Shown: positions 49,335 to 60,830, numbered from the whole stretch's first letter. The stretch is DNA of 63,954 nucleotides, filler included, from Octopus bimaculoides (GCF_001194135.2; 5 parts of 5 records of this genome joined end to end with filler, not necessarily neighbours in it); one strand, 5' to 3'. Numbers and translations are program-made. The notes: generated from the sequence alone by a model not told the origin.

Positions 49335-52300
49335 NNNNNNNNNNNNNNNNNNNNNNNNNNNNNNNNNNNNNNNNNNNNNNNNNNNNNNNNNNNNNNNNNN
49401 NNNNNNNNNNNNNNNNNNNNNNNNNNNNNNNNNNNNNNNNNNNNNNNNNNNNNNNNNNNNNNNNNNNNNNNNNNNNNNNNNNNNNNNNNNNNNNNNNNNN
49501 NNNNNNNNNNNNNNNNNNNNNNNNNNNNNNNNNNNNNNNNNNNNNNNNNNNNNNNNNNNNNNNNNNNNNNNNNNNNNNNNNNNNNNNNNNNNNNNNNNNN
49601 NNNNNNNNNNNNNNNNNNNNNNNNNNNNNNNNNNNNNNNNNNNNNNNNNNNNNNNNNNNNNNNNNNNNNNNNNNNNNNNNNNNNNNNNNNNNNNNNNNNN
49701 NNNNNNNNNNNNNNNNNNNNNNNNNNNNNNNNNNNNNNNNNNNNNNNNNNNNNNNNNNNNNNNNNNNNNNNNNNNNNNNNNNNNNNNNNNNNNNNNNNNN
49801 NNNNNNNNNNNNNNNNNNNNNNNNNNNNNNNNNNNNNNNNNNNNNNNNNNNNNNNNNNNNNNNNNNNNNNNNNNNNAATATAACAATGAACAAATGTTTC
49901 ATATTTTTCTGTACAAGGCTTTTTTTTATATAACGAAGTATTACAACTGATTAATAGTTACAATAAAATGTAATATTAATGCTGGAGATCTCGAAAAGCA
50001 TATTCATAAACATGTTATATGTGGAGGTGCAATGGCTCAGTGGTTAGGGCAGCAGACTTTAAAACAGTTTTTTTATTTTTCAGCTTCCCATTTGAAGTGT
50101 ACGGTGATTTCCTGTGTGCCAGTGATTTTGCACTTGGTCCAGAGTGCATCACTAAGTTAAACAGATTGAGAAAACACTGGTTCTGCATAGAACTTTTTAT
50201 TGCTAACATTTTCAATAAAATTAATCTGTAGAATAATTGGGAGAATGGGAAAATGTGAAGAGGAACAATGCCATTGAAAGTTTGGTCCATTCTAACCAAC
50301 TAATTCAATATCTCATATGTATCTTTCAGCTTTTGTTCTAAAGCAATGTTAGTGTTATACACCTTAATGGGAATATCAACATCAACATTTAATGTTCGTT
50401 TTCTATGCTGGCATGGGTTGGATGGTTTGACTGGAGCTGGTAAGTCCAAGGCCAACATCATGCTCCATTGTCTGTTCTGGCTTGGTTTCTATGGCTGGAT
50501 GCCCTTCCTAATGCCAATCACTCCGCAGAGTGTACTGGGTGCTTTTCATGTGGCATCAGCATCAGTACTTTTAATGTGGTACCGTATCTAGGTCTAACTG
50601 AATTCTTTTAAAATAAAGGCCTCAAAATACTTCTTATAATTAATTAATACACTCTAAGCTGTGTTACATAATTCCCTCTAAAACACCTCTTTCAAAATCT
50701 CCACTACCAGGTGCTTTATTATGGTTAATGACTGAAAGTACATGTATTTGTTCAAATCACATTGGAGCTGATGAGATCTAAACGGGTTGAAACCATGACT
50801 GTTTGGTTGTTGACGATCATCTGTCCATCTTCTCTTCCTCCTTTTCCCGGGAGAGTCAAATGAGTAGAGCCCTTAGGTACCTACTCCATAGGGTCTTATC
50901 AGAATCAATCATCATTACACTTTGTATCTGGATTCCCAAGCATGAGCAACTGAAACTATGGATGTTATCCTAACACCATCTCATTCTTGGTCTACCTCTA
51001 CATCTCTTGCCAATTAACTTAGCGTGAAGAATCTGTCTTCTGATTCTTTCTTATGACCTTTTAATCATGCATTCATAGTACCAGAGCTATGATCTCTCAA
51101 TGCAGGGAAGTAGCAGCTCAACTTGGAGAGACTCACTGATCTCTGAGCTATGCACCCTGTCATGCAATGTCACTCCTGAGATCCTTCAGAAGAAACCCCA
51201 TTTCATCTGCTTGTATTTGCAACTGTACCCTTTCAGTCATTACCCAACATTAACGGGTATCAGTTGTCGTCTACCAAACAAAAAATAAGGGAAATAACTA
51301 AGTAAGAAGAATAACTTTTTTTGGTTAACTTCTTACTTTTTTATTAGTTTGGTCTGAATGAAGGGGCTATACCCATTCTTTGAGCCCAGTAAAGTTGATG
51401 TGGTTAAAGTTCTTGAATATTTGCAAGTTAACAATTACAGGAAAAATAAGAGCAAGGAGGGAATACCAAAGAAAAAAAGGAACTGGGTATAATGATCAGC
51501 ATGGGGGTGAAGGAGTGAGTGGACACAATGTAGGCAATGAGAGGAGGAGAAACATAAGAGTTAAAAGTATCAAAATGGAGGTAGCACGAAATCCAAGGAG
51601 GAGAACCATTGTAATAGCAGTGGAAAAGCTAAAAAAGAGGAGAGCACATTTTGTGGCCAGAAGTTGATGGATGTTGGTGAGAGACTTCATGATAATCAGT
51701 TAAGTAACCCTTTTTCTTTTTTAGATGTGATCTAGAACACTTGTGAGATCAACAGCAGCATTGTCTAAGATATGGGAGCAGTACTCTGTTGGAGATATCA
51801 TCTGAATCTTGTGGATAGCTAGTAGTTGCTGGGAACTAAAGTATTCTTTGCCTTGGAAGAGGAAAGCTCATGTAAAGATTCCACTTCAGAGAGATGGTAA
51901 AACGAATCAAAGTAGTTATGCTTTTTCCGGTAGCATTAGCACAAGCATTGCTGTGAAGTTAGGATATTTGCATTGGAACCAAATAGTTTAGGATTAGTTC
52001 TCACTGTGTTGCCACTATTGGCAAGGGTCTTGTGCTATAGCTGTGGGTTGGCCAATGCCTTTTCAATGAAATTTGGTAAGTGGAAACTTTAGGAAGTGTT
52101 TGTGTGTGTGTGTCTCTTTGTCCTTTATTTTGACATTTGCGCTCTTAATTCCAAACAAAGTCACTATTTATGCAAACAACATTGACCTACTTTGCTGTTC
52201 AAAGGAATATAAAAAATATTACCTTACTTGGAAAGAAGAGTGGGGGTTAGCAACAAGAGAAGCAGCTAGTCATAGGGGGAAAAAAAACTGTTTCAACAAC

Positions 52301-54137
52301 AGAGTATTTATCTTCATTTTCATCTCCTCATGCTAGCACGAGTTGAACTGTTACTTAATCCAGTATTTCAATCAAGTGTCATCTTATTTCTGACTAAGAC
52401 ACAAACGTTTCATTCAGATCTCAATGGACTGTTTTTTATCACAGCTTAGCTGCTATCATTAATTCACAGGCCTTTTTTCCACTTGTCATATAATCAATAA
52501 CATTACGCACTTATTCAGTCAGAGGTCATCCCACATATATTTGTGCATCAAGCAACTGTCCTCCTCCACTGTTCTTGATTGTCAACAAAAAGCTCAGAAT
52601 ATACAGTTCTCAGGTCCTCCCAAAATGCCATGTGACCCTTAATGTTCATCTTTTCCTTTGTCCTGTTGGTGTTTGCATACTAATGATCTGGTTAATTGTA
52701 GACTGTCACATGATTTATTACAAGCATAATTTCTTATTGCCAATGCCCTCAGTTATCTACTAAGTTAAACACAAAATTTACTTAGTCACTGCTGTAGCTC
52801 CATTTGAGTATGCATATGAAATGTACACAGACAGCCAAATGACAGGTGTAACTCACAAGTATGTTGTTCTAAATTTACCATATCACCTCCAACTTCCTTT
52901 CACCTAGCTGAGAGCCATATCAAATTCTCTGATATGCTGGGTGATTCATCATATGGGTATGCATTGCAACAGTGTGGACAAGCTATTTTCTCTCTTTGGT
53001 CCACTTGCTGAATTACTCGGTCAATTCTTGAGTTAATACAGCTATACCTGCACCTGATCCAGTTGATTAACTTGTGATCACTTAAAGTGAATCAACGTCA
53101 CTAGGTACAGGTGTGGCTTGGATTCAGTCCACAGCATGGCACCTAGGGCAAGAGTCTTCTACTATAATTCTGGGCAAACCAGAGTGGATTTGGTAGAAGG
53201 AAACTAGAAGCCATGCATATCTATTTGCCAGTGGAGCACTAACAGCACCATCCGAGCGTGATCATTACCAGTACAGCTGTCTGACTTCTGTGCCAGTGGT
53301 GCGTAAATAGCACCATTTGAGCGTGATCGTTACCAGCGTCAGCTTACTGGCACTTGTGCCAGTGGCACGTTAGAAAATCATTCGAGCGAGGTCGTTGCCA
53401 GTGCCAGTGGACTGGCTTCTGTGCAGGTGGCACATTAAAAAACACCATTTTGAGCCAGTACCATGTGACTGGCCCTCGTGCTGGTGGCATGTAAAAGTAC
53501 CCATTACACTCTTGGAGTGGTTGGCGTTAGGAAGGGAATCCAGCTGTAGAAACTCTGCCAAATCAGACTGAAGCCTGGTGCAGCCTTCTGGTTCACCAGT
53601 ACTCTGTTAAATCGTCCAACCCATGCTAGCATGGAAAGCGGACGTTAAACGATGATGATGATGATGATGTAAATAGATATTTATAATTGAGAATGCATGA
53701 TAGTGGTGAGGTGGGTATTACTGTTTCTTTGTCCTGGCACTGTGTCATAGTTGTAAATAAATGCCACTGTCAGACAAATGGTGTCCTTTGTTTCCAAACA
53801 TGTCTGGCCATAAGGAAATGGTACTTTACATGGAAATAGTTGAGGGTTGGTGAGAAGAGAGGCATCCATCTATAGAAAAAATATGTCTTGATAAACTCTG
53901 TCCGACCCATGAGAGCCTGAGAAAGTGGATGTTAAAGTGATAATGATAATGAGTTCTACAATTAAAGTCCACCAAAGAAATGATCATACCATTTATTGCT
54001 TCTGGAATAGTGTATCTTAGATAATATCCAGTGCCTCTTTTTATAATAAAATGGTATTGTGAAATGATGGCAGAAGTCATTCTTTAAACAACAACAGCAA
54101 CAACAGCAACAACAGCAACAACAACAACAGCAGCAGC

Positions 54138-54192
<55 letters not shown>

Positions 54193-54198
54193 GCAACA

Positions 54199-54253
<55 letters not shown>

Positions 54254-54965
54254 CAACANNNNNNNNNNAATAATAAAAAAGGCAGTGAGCTGGCAGAATC
54301 ATTAGCATGCCAGGCAAAATGCTTAGCGGTATTTCGTCTGCCACTACATTCTGAGTTCAAATTCCACTGAGGTTGATTTTGCCTTTCATCCTTTCAGGTT
54401 GATTAAATATGTACCAGTTACACACTAGGGTTGATGTAATTGACTTAGTCCGTTTGTCTGTCCTTGTTTGTCCCCTCTATGTTTAGCCCCTTGTAGACAA
54501 TAAAGAAAGAAGAAACGTTAGCAAGCCGGGCGAAATGCTTAGCTGTATTTCGTCTGCTGTTATGTTCTGAGTTCAAATTCCGCCAAGGTTGACTTTGCCT
54601 TTCATCCTTTTGGGGTCAATTAAATAAGTACCAGTTACACACTGGGGTCGATGTAATCAACTTAGTCCCTTTGTCTGTTCTTGTTTGTCCCCTCTATGTT
54701 TAGCCCCTTGTGGGCAATAAATAATTAAATAATAAAAAAGACTGATGCTAAAGAAAAAGAAAAAAATTTGTATAGAATTTTGCTAAAGTAGGAGTTAAAT
54801 ATGTCAATATGTACCAGCTGATTCAGTGTCTTTCAAGTAAGGTTGAATTTCTTGAGATATTTCATGGGTTGAATTTGCTTCACGCCAACCATTGTACTTA
54901 GGTAAAGTTGGTGAGTTTAATGGTTTCTCCGCATACATTGGTACGCGAGAACGAGGAAGGGCAAT
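29279..54965 (-). CDS. STXBP4: Syntaxin-binding protein 4 (Synip)-like, partial multi-exon CDS: 54965-54815, 49030-48956, 46105-46009, 39664-39555, 38979-38881, 37545-37480, 35345-35181, <33892-33791, 31495-31458, 29412-29279
   Basis: Peptides collinear with vertebrate STXBP4 as recalled: LGFQPTPSELNAIRYRVAVDENGMVSYE, EAQGAIHETRSLRSKVHLAEEAQKAARSLEQGYEEAIQVLEKEI, ACQLRKMESCKKTYEVAIEKLLKFIE, HIQEVLEGNS, LATEAKDLSRSVKLLIDSQ. Phases are consistent from 49030 onward. One exon seems to be missing between 54815 and 49030. PDZ and WW exons are not visible. Confidence 0.88.
31086..31124 (+). ncRNA. Minimal type I hammerhead ribozyme-like motif (weak stem I)
   Basis: CTGAAGA-a-GGAAT-tgt-ATTCC-GAAA-TA-TC: complete core, perfect 5-bp stem II, palindromic ATAT stem III. 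Only about 2 bp of stem I remain. Confidence 0.5.
31458..31495 (-). CDS. STXBP4: STXBP4 short exon (HIQEVLEGNSAV(K))
   Basis: Acceptor ttgcag| and donor |gtaagt; 38 nt, phase 0->2; resembles AIQEVFSDNS. Confidence 0.85.
32040..33120 (-). mobile_element. Degenerate RTE-clade LINE fragment (APE endonuclease and linker)
   Basis: TLKTIQTYAS..., YTIGMRDFNIKI...VGKFGSGERNNKGKCLV, LEELYEDYNSLVQKIKSC. Confidence 0.75.
33791..33892 (-). CDS. STXBP4: STXBP4 exon, 5' end lost in gap (IHRQLAVAACQLRKMESCKKTYEVAIEKLLKFIE)
   Basis: Donor |gtaatg; resembles VLDCQLRKSEMARKTFEASTEKLLHFVE; runs into the N gap at 33893. Confidence 0.9.
35181..35345 (-). CDS. STXBP4: STXBP4 coiled-coil exon (EAQGAIHETRSLRSKVHLAEEAQKAARSLEQGYEEAIQVLEKEIVQLRSQLQKQS)
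   Basis: Acceptor attcag| and donor |gtaagt; 165 nt; strong resemblance to EAKAVVEETRALRSRIHLAEAAQ...YEEVIRLLEAEI. Confidence 0.93.
37480..37545 (-). CDS. STXBP4: STXBP4 exon (AKIREKEDSCNTAEEELLRIRR)
   Basis: Acceptor attcag| and donor |gtaaat; 66 nt, phase 0->0. Confidence 0.82.
37578..37735 (+). mobile_element. R4/Dong-like non-LTR retrotransposon 3' end within (AAT)n
   Basis: KLQKLALLGTAHILSKVLSV* plus 3' UTR; (AAT)n on both sides. Confidence 0.72.
38881..38979 (-). CDS. STXBP4: STXBP4 exon (VEVLPDSTMLSLEEVAQIQLEKDILQVEVEKLR)
   Basis: Acceptor tttcag| and donor |gtaagt; 99 nt, phase 0->0; start of coiled coil. Confidence 0.82.
39555..39664 (-). CDS. STXBP4: STXBP4 exon ((E)IIKVASEVCQASSKGVEKDFLRSTNRELRVETFPHE)
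   Basis: Acceptor aattag| and donor |gtaagt; 110 nt, phase 1->0. Confidence 0.8.
39785..40060. promoter_or_regulatory. Promoter/enhancer-like motif cluster in STXBP4 intron
   Basis: GCCATTTTG (YY1-like, 39789), palindromic CRE TGACGTCA (39825-39832), NRF1-like TGCGCATGCA (39901-39910); higher GC than the flanks. Confidence 0.35.
40810..41118 (-). mobile_element. tRNA-derived SINE (third family)
   Basis: Minus-strand head TGACCCAGTGGTTAGGGCAGCGGACTCGCGGTCATAGG...GATTCCCAG (A/B-box-like). Related copies at about 11170-11960, 18700-19030 and 36010-36730. Confidence 0.7.
41831..41875 (-). ncRNA. Minimal type I hammerhead ribozyme
   Basis: Minus strand GGACCA-CTGATGA-g-GTCACA-gaag-TGTGAC-GAAA-GAAC-TC-TGGCC: intact core, 6-bp stem II, CUC cleavage triplet, stem I CCA/TGG plus GG/CC. 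Confidence 0.72.
42022..42483. mobile_element. Two tandem piggyBac-like MITEs (about 225 bp each)
   Basis: Ends CCCTTTAGC...GCTAAAGGG|TTAA; units 42022-42245 and 42256-42483; another copy inverted at about 22405-22625. Confidence 0.65.
46009..46105 (-). CDS. STXBP4: STXBP4 exon (LWQTLGFQPTPSELNAIRYRVAVDENGMVSYE)
   Basis: Acceptor gatcag| and donor |gtaact; 97 nt, phase 0->1; resembles YLGIQPT...VQADSKGTVSFG. Confidence 0.88.
47156..47615. mobile_element. Tandem hAT-like MITE copies
   Basis: Ends resembling CAGTGATTCTCAAC...GTTGAGAACCCCTG; related copies at about 38095-38745 (split by a SINE) and 56930-57200. Confidence 0.5.
48956..49030 (-). CDS. STXBP4: Probable STXBP4 exon (DENVSTSSQLPHSPQNNVNFKEMTD)
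   Basis: Acceptor tgtcag| and donor |gtaagt; 75 nt, phase 0->0. Confidence 0.6.
54088..54259. repeat. Compound (CAA)n/(CAG)n microsatellite, intronic
   Basis: Pure CAA/CAG triplets; the source of the spurious poly-C/V/A ORFs. Confidence 0.92.
54815..54965 (-). CDS. STXBP4: Probable STXBP4 exon (IALPRSRVPMYAEKPLNSPTLPKY...)
   Basis: Acceptor tttcag| and donor |gtacat; 151 nt, phase 0->1, the only open frame. Weak homology; the phase does not directly join the exon at 49030. Confidence 0.55.
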
Positions 54966-55500
54966 CTGAAATAACATAACAATATCAATAATATAATAAT
55001 AACAAAACAGTTTAAGATCCACACTTTACATATGGCTATACAGCAACAGTAAAAACAACAACAATCAATTTTGGTTGGGAAGGGAAGGGGATTGTTGATT
55101 ACAATGACCCCGAGTGCTCAACTATTATTTTATTGATCTCAAAAGGATAAATGGCAAAGTCAATCTTGGCAGAGCTTCAAACCAGAACATAAAGAGCCAA
55201 AAGAAATTCCATTAAACCTTTCCAACTAAGCACGCTAACAATTCTGCCATCATCCTCTTAATAATGATAACAACAACAACAACAATAATAATGGTTTCAA
55301 ATTTTGGCACATGGCCAGCAGTTTTGAGGGGTGGGTTAAGTCAATGACAGCAACCTCAGTATTCAGCTGGTATTACTTTATTGACCCCAAAAAGGTTGAA
55401 AGGCAAAGTCAACCCTGGTGGAATTTGAACTCAGAACATAGAGATGGTTGAAATACCGCTAATCATTTTCCCCAGTATACTAATGATTTTGCCAGCTCAC

Positions 55501-55539
<39 letters not shown>

Positions 55540-56313
55540 CCTATCTTCTATAAGCTCAAGACTTACCATTTTGGGGAGTGGGTGGGCTAGTAGTCGATTA
55601 CATTGACCCCCAGTGACCAACTGGTACTTATTTTATTGACCCTGAAGGGATGAAAGGCAAAGTCAACCTTGATGGTATTTGTGCTCTGAACATAAAACCA
55701 GAAGAGATGCAATTAAGCAATTTTGTGTTATACAGCAGTGATTTTGCCAGCTTGCCACCTTCACACTTTGTTCAACAATAGCCCTTTTGCATTCATCATC
55801 ATCATCGTTTAACGTTCGCTTTCCATGCTGGCATGGGTTGGACAGTTTGACTGCGGACTGGCAAGCCAGTAGGCTGCACCAGGCTCCAATCTGATCTGGC
55901 AAGGTTTCTACAGCTGGATACCCTTCCTGATGCCAACCACTCCAAGAGTGTAGTGGGTGCCTTTTACATGCCACCAACAAAGGAGCCAGTCATGGGCACT
56001 GGCATCAACCACATTTGGATGGGGCTTTTTATGCACCACTGGCATGGGAGCCAATCAGGAGGTACTGGCATTGACCATGTTCGGGAGCCAGTCAGGGGGT
56101 ACCGGTTTCTAATAAATACCATAAATATCAGAAAGTTTAGGTGATAAGTGACAAACATCAAACAGTAATAATGGCAAATGATCACAAGACTACAATATAT
56201 TAATCTTTATGCGCGCACACACGTCTGACAGACAACATATGTGCACACAAGCACACATAGATTTCAATTTTTTAAGGGAAGAATTCTGTGATGCTCGAAT
56301 ACCTGTTCATCTG

Positions 56314-56480
56314 AATAATAATAATAATGATAACAACAACATCGAAAAATACCTTAGCAATGAGAACCCAGGTTCGAAATTTCCCTAAGACACCTGATGA
56401 AGGCTGGAGAATATATCAGCCAAAACGTTGTGTTAACAACAAACAAAATGAGGACAAATATCCATCCAATGTAAATAATG
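56314..56480 (+). mobile_element. 167-bp non-autonomous element with minimal hammerhead motif and 14-bp target-site duplication
   Basis: Flanked by TACCTGTTCATCTG (56300-56313) and TACCTGTTCGTCTG (56481-56494). Contains GACAC-CTGATGA-a-GGCTG-N10-CAGCC-AAAA-CG-TT-GTGTT (56389-56434; G12 changed to A). Confidence 0.7.
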
Positions 56481-58255
56481 TACCTGTTCGTCTGTTTAAC
56501 AAAATGACAATTTAAAGAACCAATGACAGAATCTCTATTAGTAATAGTGCCAACTCTCTTTTCTCTGAAATCCCACCTGACGAGGGACACATTAAACAAT
56601 GTAGTCCTTAATATGTAACAAGAGTTCTGCTATAGGCACAAGGCTTGAAATTTTGGGGAGAGGTAAGTCAATTACATCGACCCCAGTACTCAACTGGTAC
56701 TTAATTTATCGACCCTGAAAGGATGAAAGGCAAAGTTGACCTTGGTGAAATTTGAACTCAGAACGTAGTGGCAGATGAAATACCGCTAAGCATTTCACCT
56801 GGCATGCTAATGGTTCTGCCAGCTTACCGCCTTAATATGTAACAAGATCTAGTGCCGATATCTGTTTAGTCAGAATAGACTGGGGAGGAAATGAATAACA
56901 ATAGTTCAGAAAATCTAAGGAACTTTAACACAGATTCATCCCCTGCCAGCACTGACAAACCAAGTCAATTTTTGTTGCCTATGGACCCCTTTGATTCCTG
57001 GTTTACTCTACTGGACCCCCATAGCCATCCAATGTATACAAAAAAGAAATCCTATTGTATTTTTATAGTTAAATATTTTTAGGAATTGTATGAGAAAAGA
57101 ATTAAAAATATTTTGTGTATTGTAGAAGTTTCACCAATTTATTGCAGATAAATTTTAACAATAAGATATTATATGGACCCCGGTTGAAAACCATTGCTCT
57201 ACATAAACACTAGGTCAGCAAGAAGCAGCAAGCAAATCTTCTAATTCCATTCTATTAAAAATAGGAGATATATCTAACTAGGAAAATAGAGTCCTATATG
57301 TACTATATCGTAACAAAGATTGGATGTTTAGCAGGGATGAACAACAATAGGAATCCCGACATTATTTTCTATTGACAAAAATGCAACAGAATAATAGCTA
57401 ATATGAAATGTGTTTGAATATATTCAAATAATTAGGGAATTTTAAAATTGCATCTGTCAGTCATGATAATATAAAAGTGTGTAGATGAGGCATAAACTAT
57501 TTTCTAGTAGCAGGCTTTGTGAGATATTGATCATCATAAATCAAAGTCATACCACTAAAACAATAATCAAACGAGCACAATATATACAATACAGACAACA
57601 CCATATTTCACAACAAACAAATTACAAAGATTTGATGTAGAGAAAGAGTGAGAGAACGAGAAAGAGAGATACGAAGATGACAGAAGACCGAGATATGCTG
57701 CATGTTGTACTCAAGGATACCCACCCACCACAACAGAATTGATATGTAAGAAGCATTGATGCTGGTACCATGTATAAAAACATTGGTGATGGTGCCATGT
57801 AAAAAGCACTGGGGATAATGTCATGTAAAAAGCTCATAGTCCACTCTGTAAAGTGGTTAGCATTAGGAAGGGCATCCAACTGTAGAAACCATATCAAAAC
57901 AGACTATGGAACCTGGTGTAGCCACTGGCCTTGCTAATTGTTGTCAAGCCATCCAACCCATGCTAGTATAGAAAATGGACATTAAATGATGATGATGATG
58001 ATGATAAAGAAATAGGAATTTTCAAATAAATAGTCAGAATCTGTTTGTTGGTCGCCGTTGAGACCTCAGCTGTTCTTAGATCCCAAACTGCTAATTTCCT
58101 TCACAAAACTGAAATAACAGCGACCCATCTGAGAAATGAACCCTGTGAGGTGGGGTAACTGTTGCAGTGAGTGTCACTAGTCACTGTTTCAACGCCTTCG
58201 CTGTTATGTCTATGTGGCACTGCTGAACATACCACTTGGACTGGAGAGTATAGCC

Positions 58256-58455
58256 TATTTTTTCCCACCACCATCTTTTGTTCTGTAAACCCTCCCCCCA
58301 CCATCTTTTGTTCTATAACCCATCCCCCACCATTTTTTGTTCTTTAACCCCTTCCCCACCATCATCTTTCGTTCTTTAACCCCTTCCCTACCACCATCTT
58401 TTGTTCTGTAACCCCTCCCCCACCATCTTTTGTTCTTTAACCCCTCCCTCACCAC
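58256..58455. repeat. About 30-bp tandem repeat (CCCCACCATCTTTTGTTCTxTAACCC)n
   Basis: Six to seven direct copies. Confidence 0.85.
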
Positions 58456-59180
58456 TTTTTTCTTTGTCTCCTTGTTAATGTAATTCTGAGGGTTTTTCTT
58501 GATAATTTAATCTTTTATACTTTTAATTTTTTTCCTTCTTTTCTTTCAGTAAAAACAACACTGCTAAACAAAATTCAGTCATTTTATTTTTAAAGAATTG
58601 ATTTGAACAGAAGGTATTTCAGCAGAAATTTATCGTGATCCATCTAGAAGTGAATGCTGTGTACTTTCAACGAATGACAAAAAAGGATGCATTTAAACCA
58701 AGTGGTTACAGTTCAGTCAGAGCCAACGGCAGCTTGAATTTACATCATTCAAACCATTCAACATTGGTTCCAGTCCAGTCCATGCAACAGCAGCTACTAT
58801 CATTACCAACACAACTCTTCATGTTTCAGTCCACACAATATTATATGTCGCTGTTGCCAGTGCTGCCTAACAGGCTCCTGTGAACTGGTGGAACATAAAA
58901 GGCACCATTCGAGCACGATTGTTGTCAGTGCCACCTGACTGGCTCCCATGCTGGTAGCATGTAAAAAGTGCCATTTGAGCATGATTGTTGTCAGTGCCGC
59001 CTGACTGGCTCCTGTGCCAGTGGCACGTAAAAAGCACCTACTACACACTTGGAGTGGTTGGCATTAGGAAGGGCATCCAGCTGTAGAATCTTTGCCAGAT
59101 CAGATTGGAGCCTGGTGCAGCCTTCTGGCTTGCCAGTCCTCAGTCAAACCATCGAACCCATGCCAGTATGGAAAGCAGAC

Positions 59181-59444
59181 TGTTATATGTACTGTTAGAT
59201 ATGTAATTCGTCTGACGTTCCGTGTGTCATGTGGTTCGTCTGAGTTCATTGTTTCATTGTTGTTGTCTTGTGGGACTGTCGTAGTAAAATGTCATTGATA
59301 TATATATGGCGGACATGACTTTTGTTTATTCATAACGAACATTGGGTGAGTGCGTTCTTTGTATGTAATTGAACAATAAATGTAATAATTAAATTGTATA
59401 ACTCGTTGTGTTATCTCTGCGAGTCACCCGAGGGAAACATAACA
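59181..59444 (+). mobile_element. Solo LTR (264 bp) inserted into a SINE tail
   Basis: TGTTAT...ATAACA termini; left flank CAGAC, right flank CAGA then gap (5-bp TSD); TATA-like tract at about 59298 and AATAAA at about 59375. Confidence 0.75.
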
Positions 59445-60064
59445 CAGANNNNNNNNNNNNNNNNNNNNNNNNNNNNNNNNNNNNNNNNNNNNTTAATTAA
59501 TTAANNNNNNNNNNNNNNNNNNNNNNNNNNNNNNNNNNNNNNNNNNNNTGAGGGGTGCGGGATGGTATAAGGGTGAAGAGATGTAAAGTAGGCAACCTTT
59601 AATGATGCAAGACACACAGGGAGGGAGAGGTGGAATAGGAAGTGACTGAGAATTCAAAGCAGCAGAATGATAATACAGTAGACAGGAGAAGGACAACAAA
59701 AGTGACATGATGTTGGATAATTTGCAGGAACAGGTACAGAAGAGTGGGGCAGGCATGATGGAATACATACAAGCATAGTGAATAAATTAGAAATAATACA
59801 GCAGTAAGTTACCACACTTATGTCGACATAGTAGTAGTTATATGTGAAATAGCATTATAATTTCTTTCCTTTATGAATACACTGATGATTATATAACTTA
59901 TCACAGAATGAACTTTAACAAATATGGTGTGTTTTGGTTTTACAACACAGGCATGGCATGCCTTGTCTATGTAATGTAAAAAGTGATTAAACAGCTGGCA
60001 TCAGGAAAAGCATTTCGAGAGAGGTTTACTGTTGTATGAGGTAATGAATGTGTAAAATAATACT

Positions 60065-60648
60065 TCTCAGTGAATACCTAAATGGGGAGATAATTCCCTT
60101 TTGTTAGAGAATAAATATCCACAGATATTATAATGCTGAGACTTTTCTCCTGTCTGAACACATTTGTGAGAATGTAAATTGTTTGTTTGAGAAAATGATA
60201 TACCACTGATGTCACAGTGACATGGTTTCTCTCCCATATGAATGCATATATGTGTAGTTAAATGAAACTTTCAAGTGAATGATTTACCACAGATATCACA
60301 GCTATATTGATTTCTTGTATAAATATGTTTGTGACTATCCAAGGTATTTCAAATACAGAATGATTTACCACAGATATGACATTCGTACGGCCTCTTTTGT
60401 GTATGAATATGTTTGTGTCTACTTAAAGCATGAGTTGTGGAGAATGATTTACCATGGATATCACGGATACATGACCTTTCTCCTGTGTGAATACATTTAT
60501 GATTAGTGAAGTCAATAATTTCAGAAAATGATTTATCACAGATATCACAGTCATATGGTTTCTCTGTATGAATGTGTTTAGAGTTAGTTAAATAAGTGTT
60601 TGCAGAAAAATATTTACCACATATCACAGTGATATGGTTACTCACCTG
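60065..60648 (-). pseudogene. Degenerate tandem C2H2 (Kruppel-type) zinc-finger array, about 6-7 fingers
   Basis: HIHTEKPYDCDICDKSFS, HKCIHTGE, HKHIHTQKRPYECHICGKSF, YSCDICGKSF; stops, frameshifts and lost Cys/His residues; truncated by the gap. Confidence 0.85.
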
Positions 60649-60830
60649 NNNNNNNNNNNNNNNNNNNNNNNNNNNNNNNNNNNNNNNNNNNNTTAATTAA
60701 TTAANNNNNNNNNNNNNNNNNNNNNNNNNNNNNNNNNNNNNNNNNNNNTTTAAATAGAGCTCAAAACTGATCCATTGAAAATACTTTATTACAACAATGA
60801 TAATAATAATAATAATGATGAAATTGACCT

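Noticed and set aside
50760-50805. CTGATGA...GAAA resembling a hammerhead
   Set aside because: Stem II is mostly G-U, there is no valid stem III or UH, and it lies in a LINE-like remnant.
53962-54360. Poly-Cys / poly-Val/Ala ORFs; possible polyQ on the plus strand
   Set aside because: Intronic CAA/CAG microsatellite next to a gap and a SINE, with no splice or start context.
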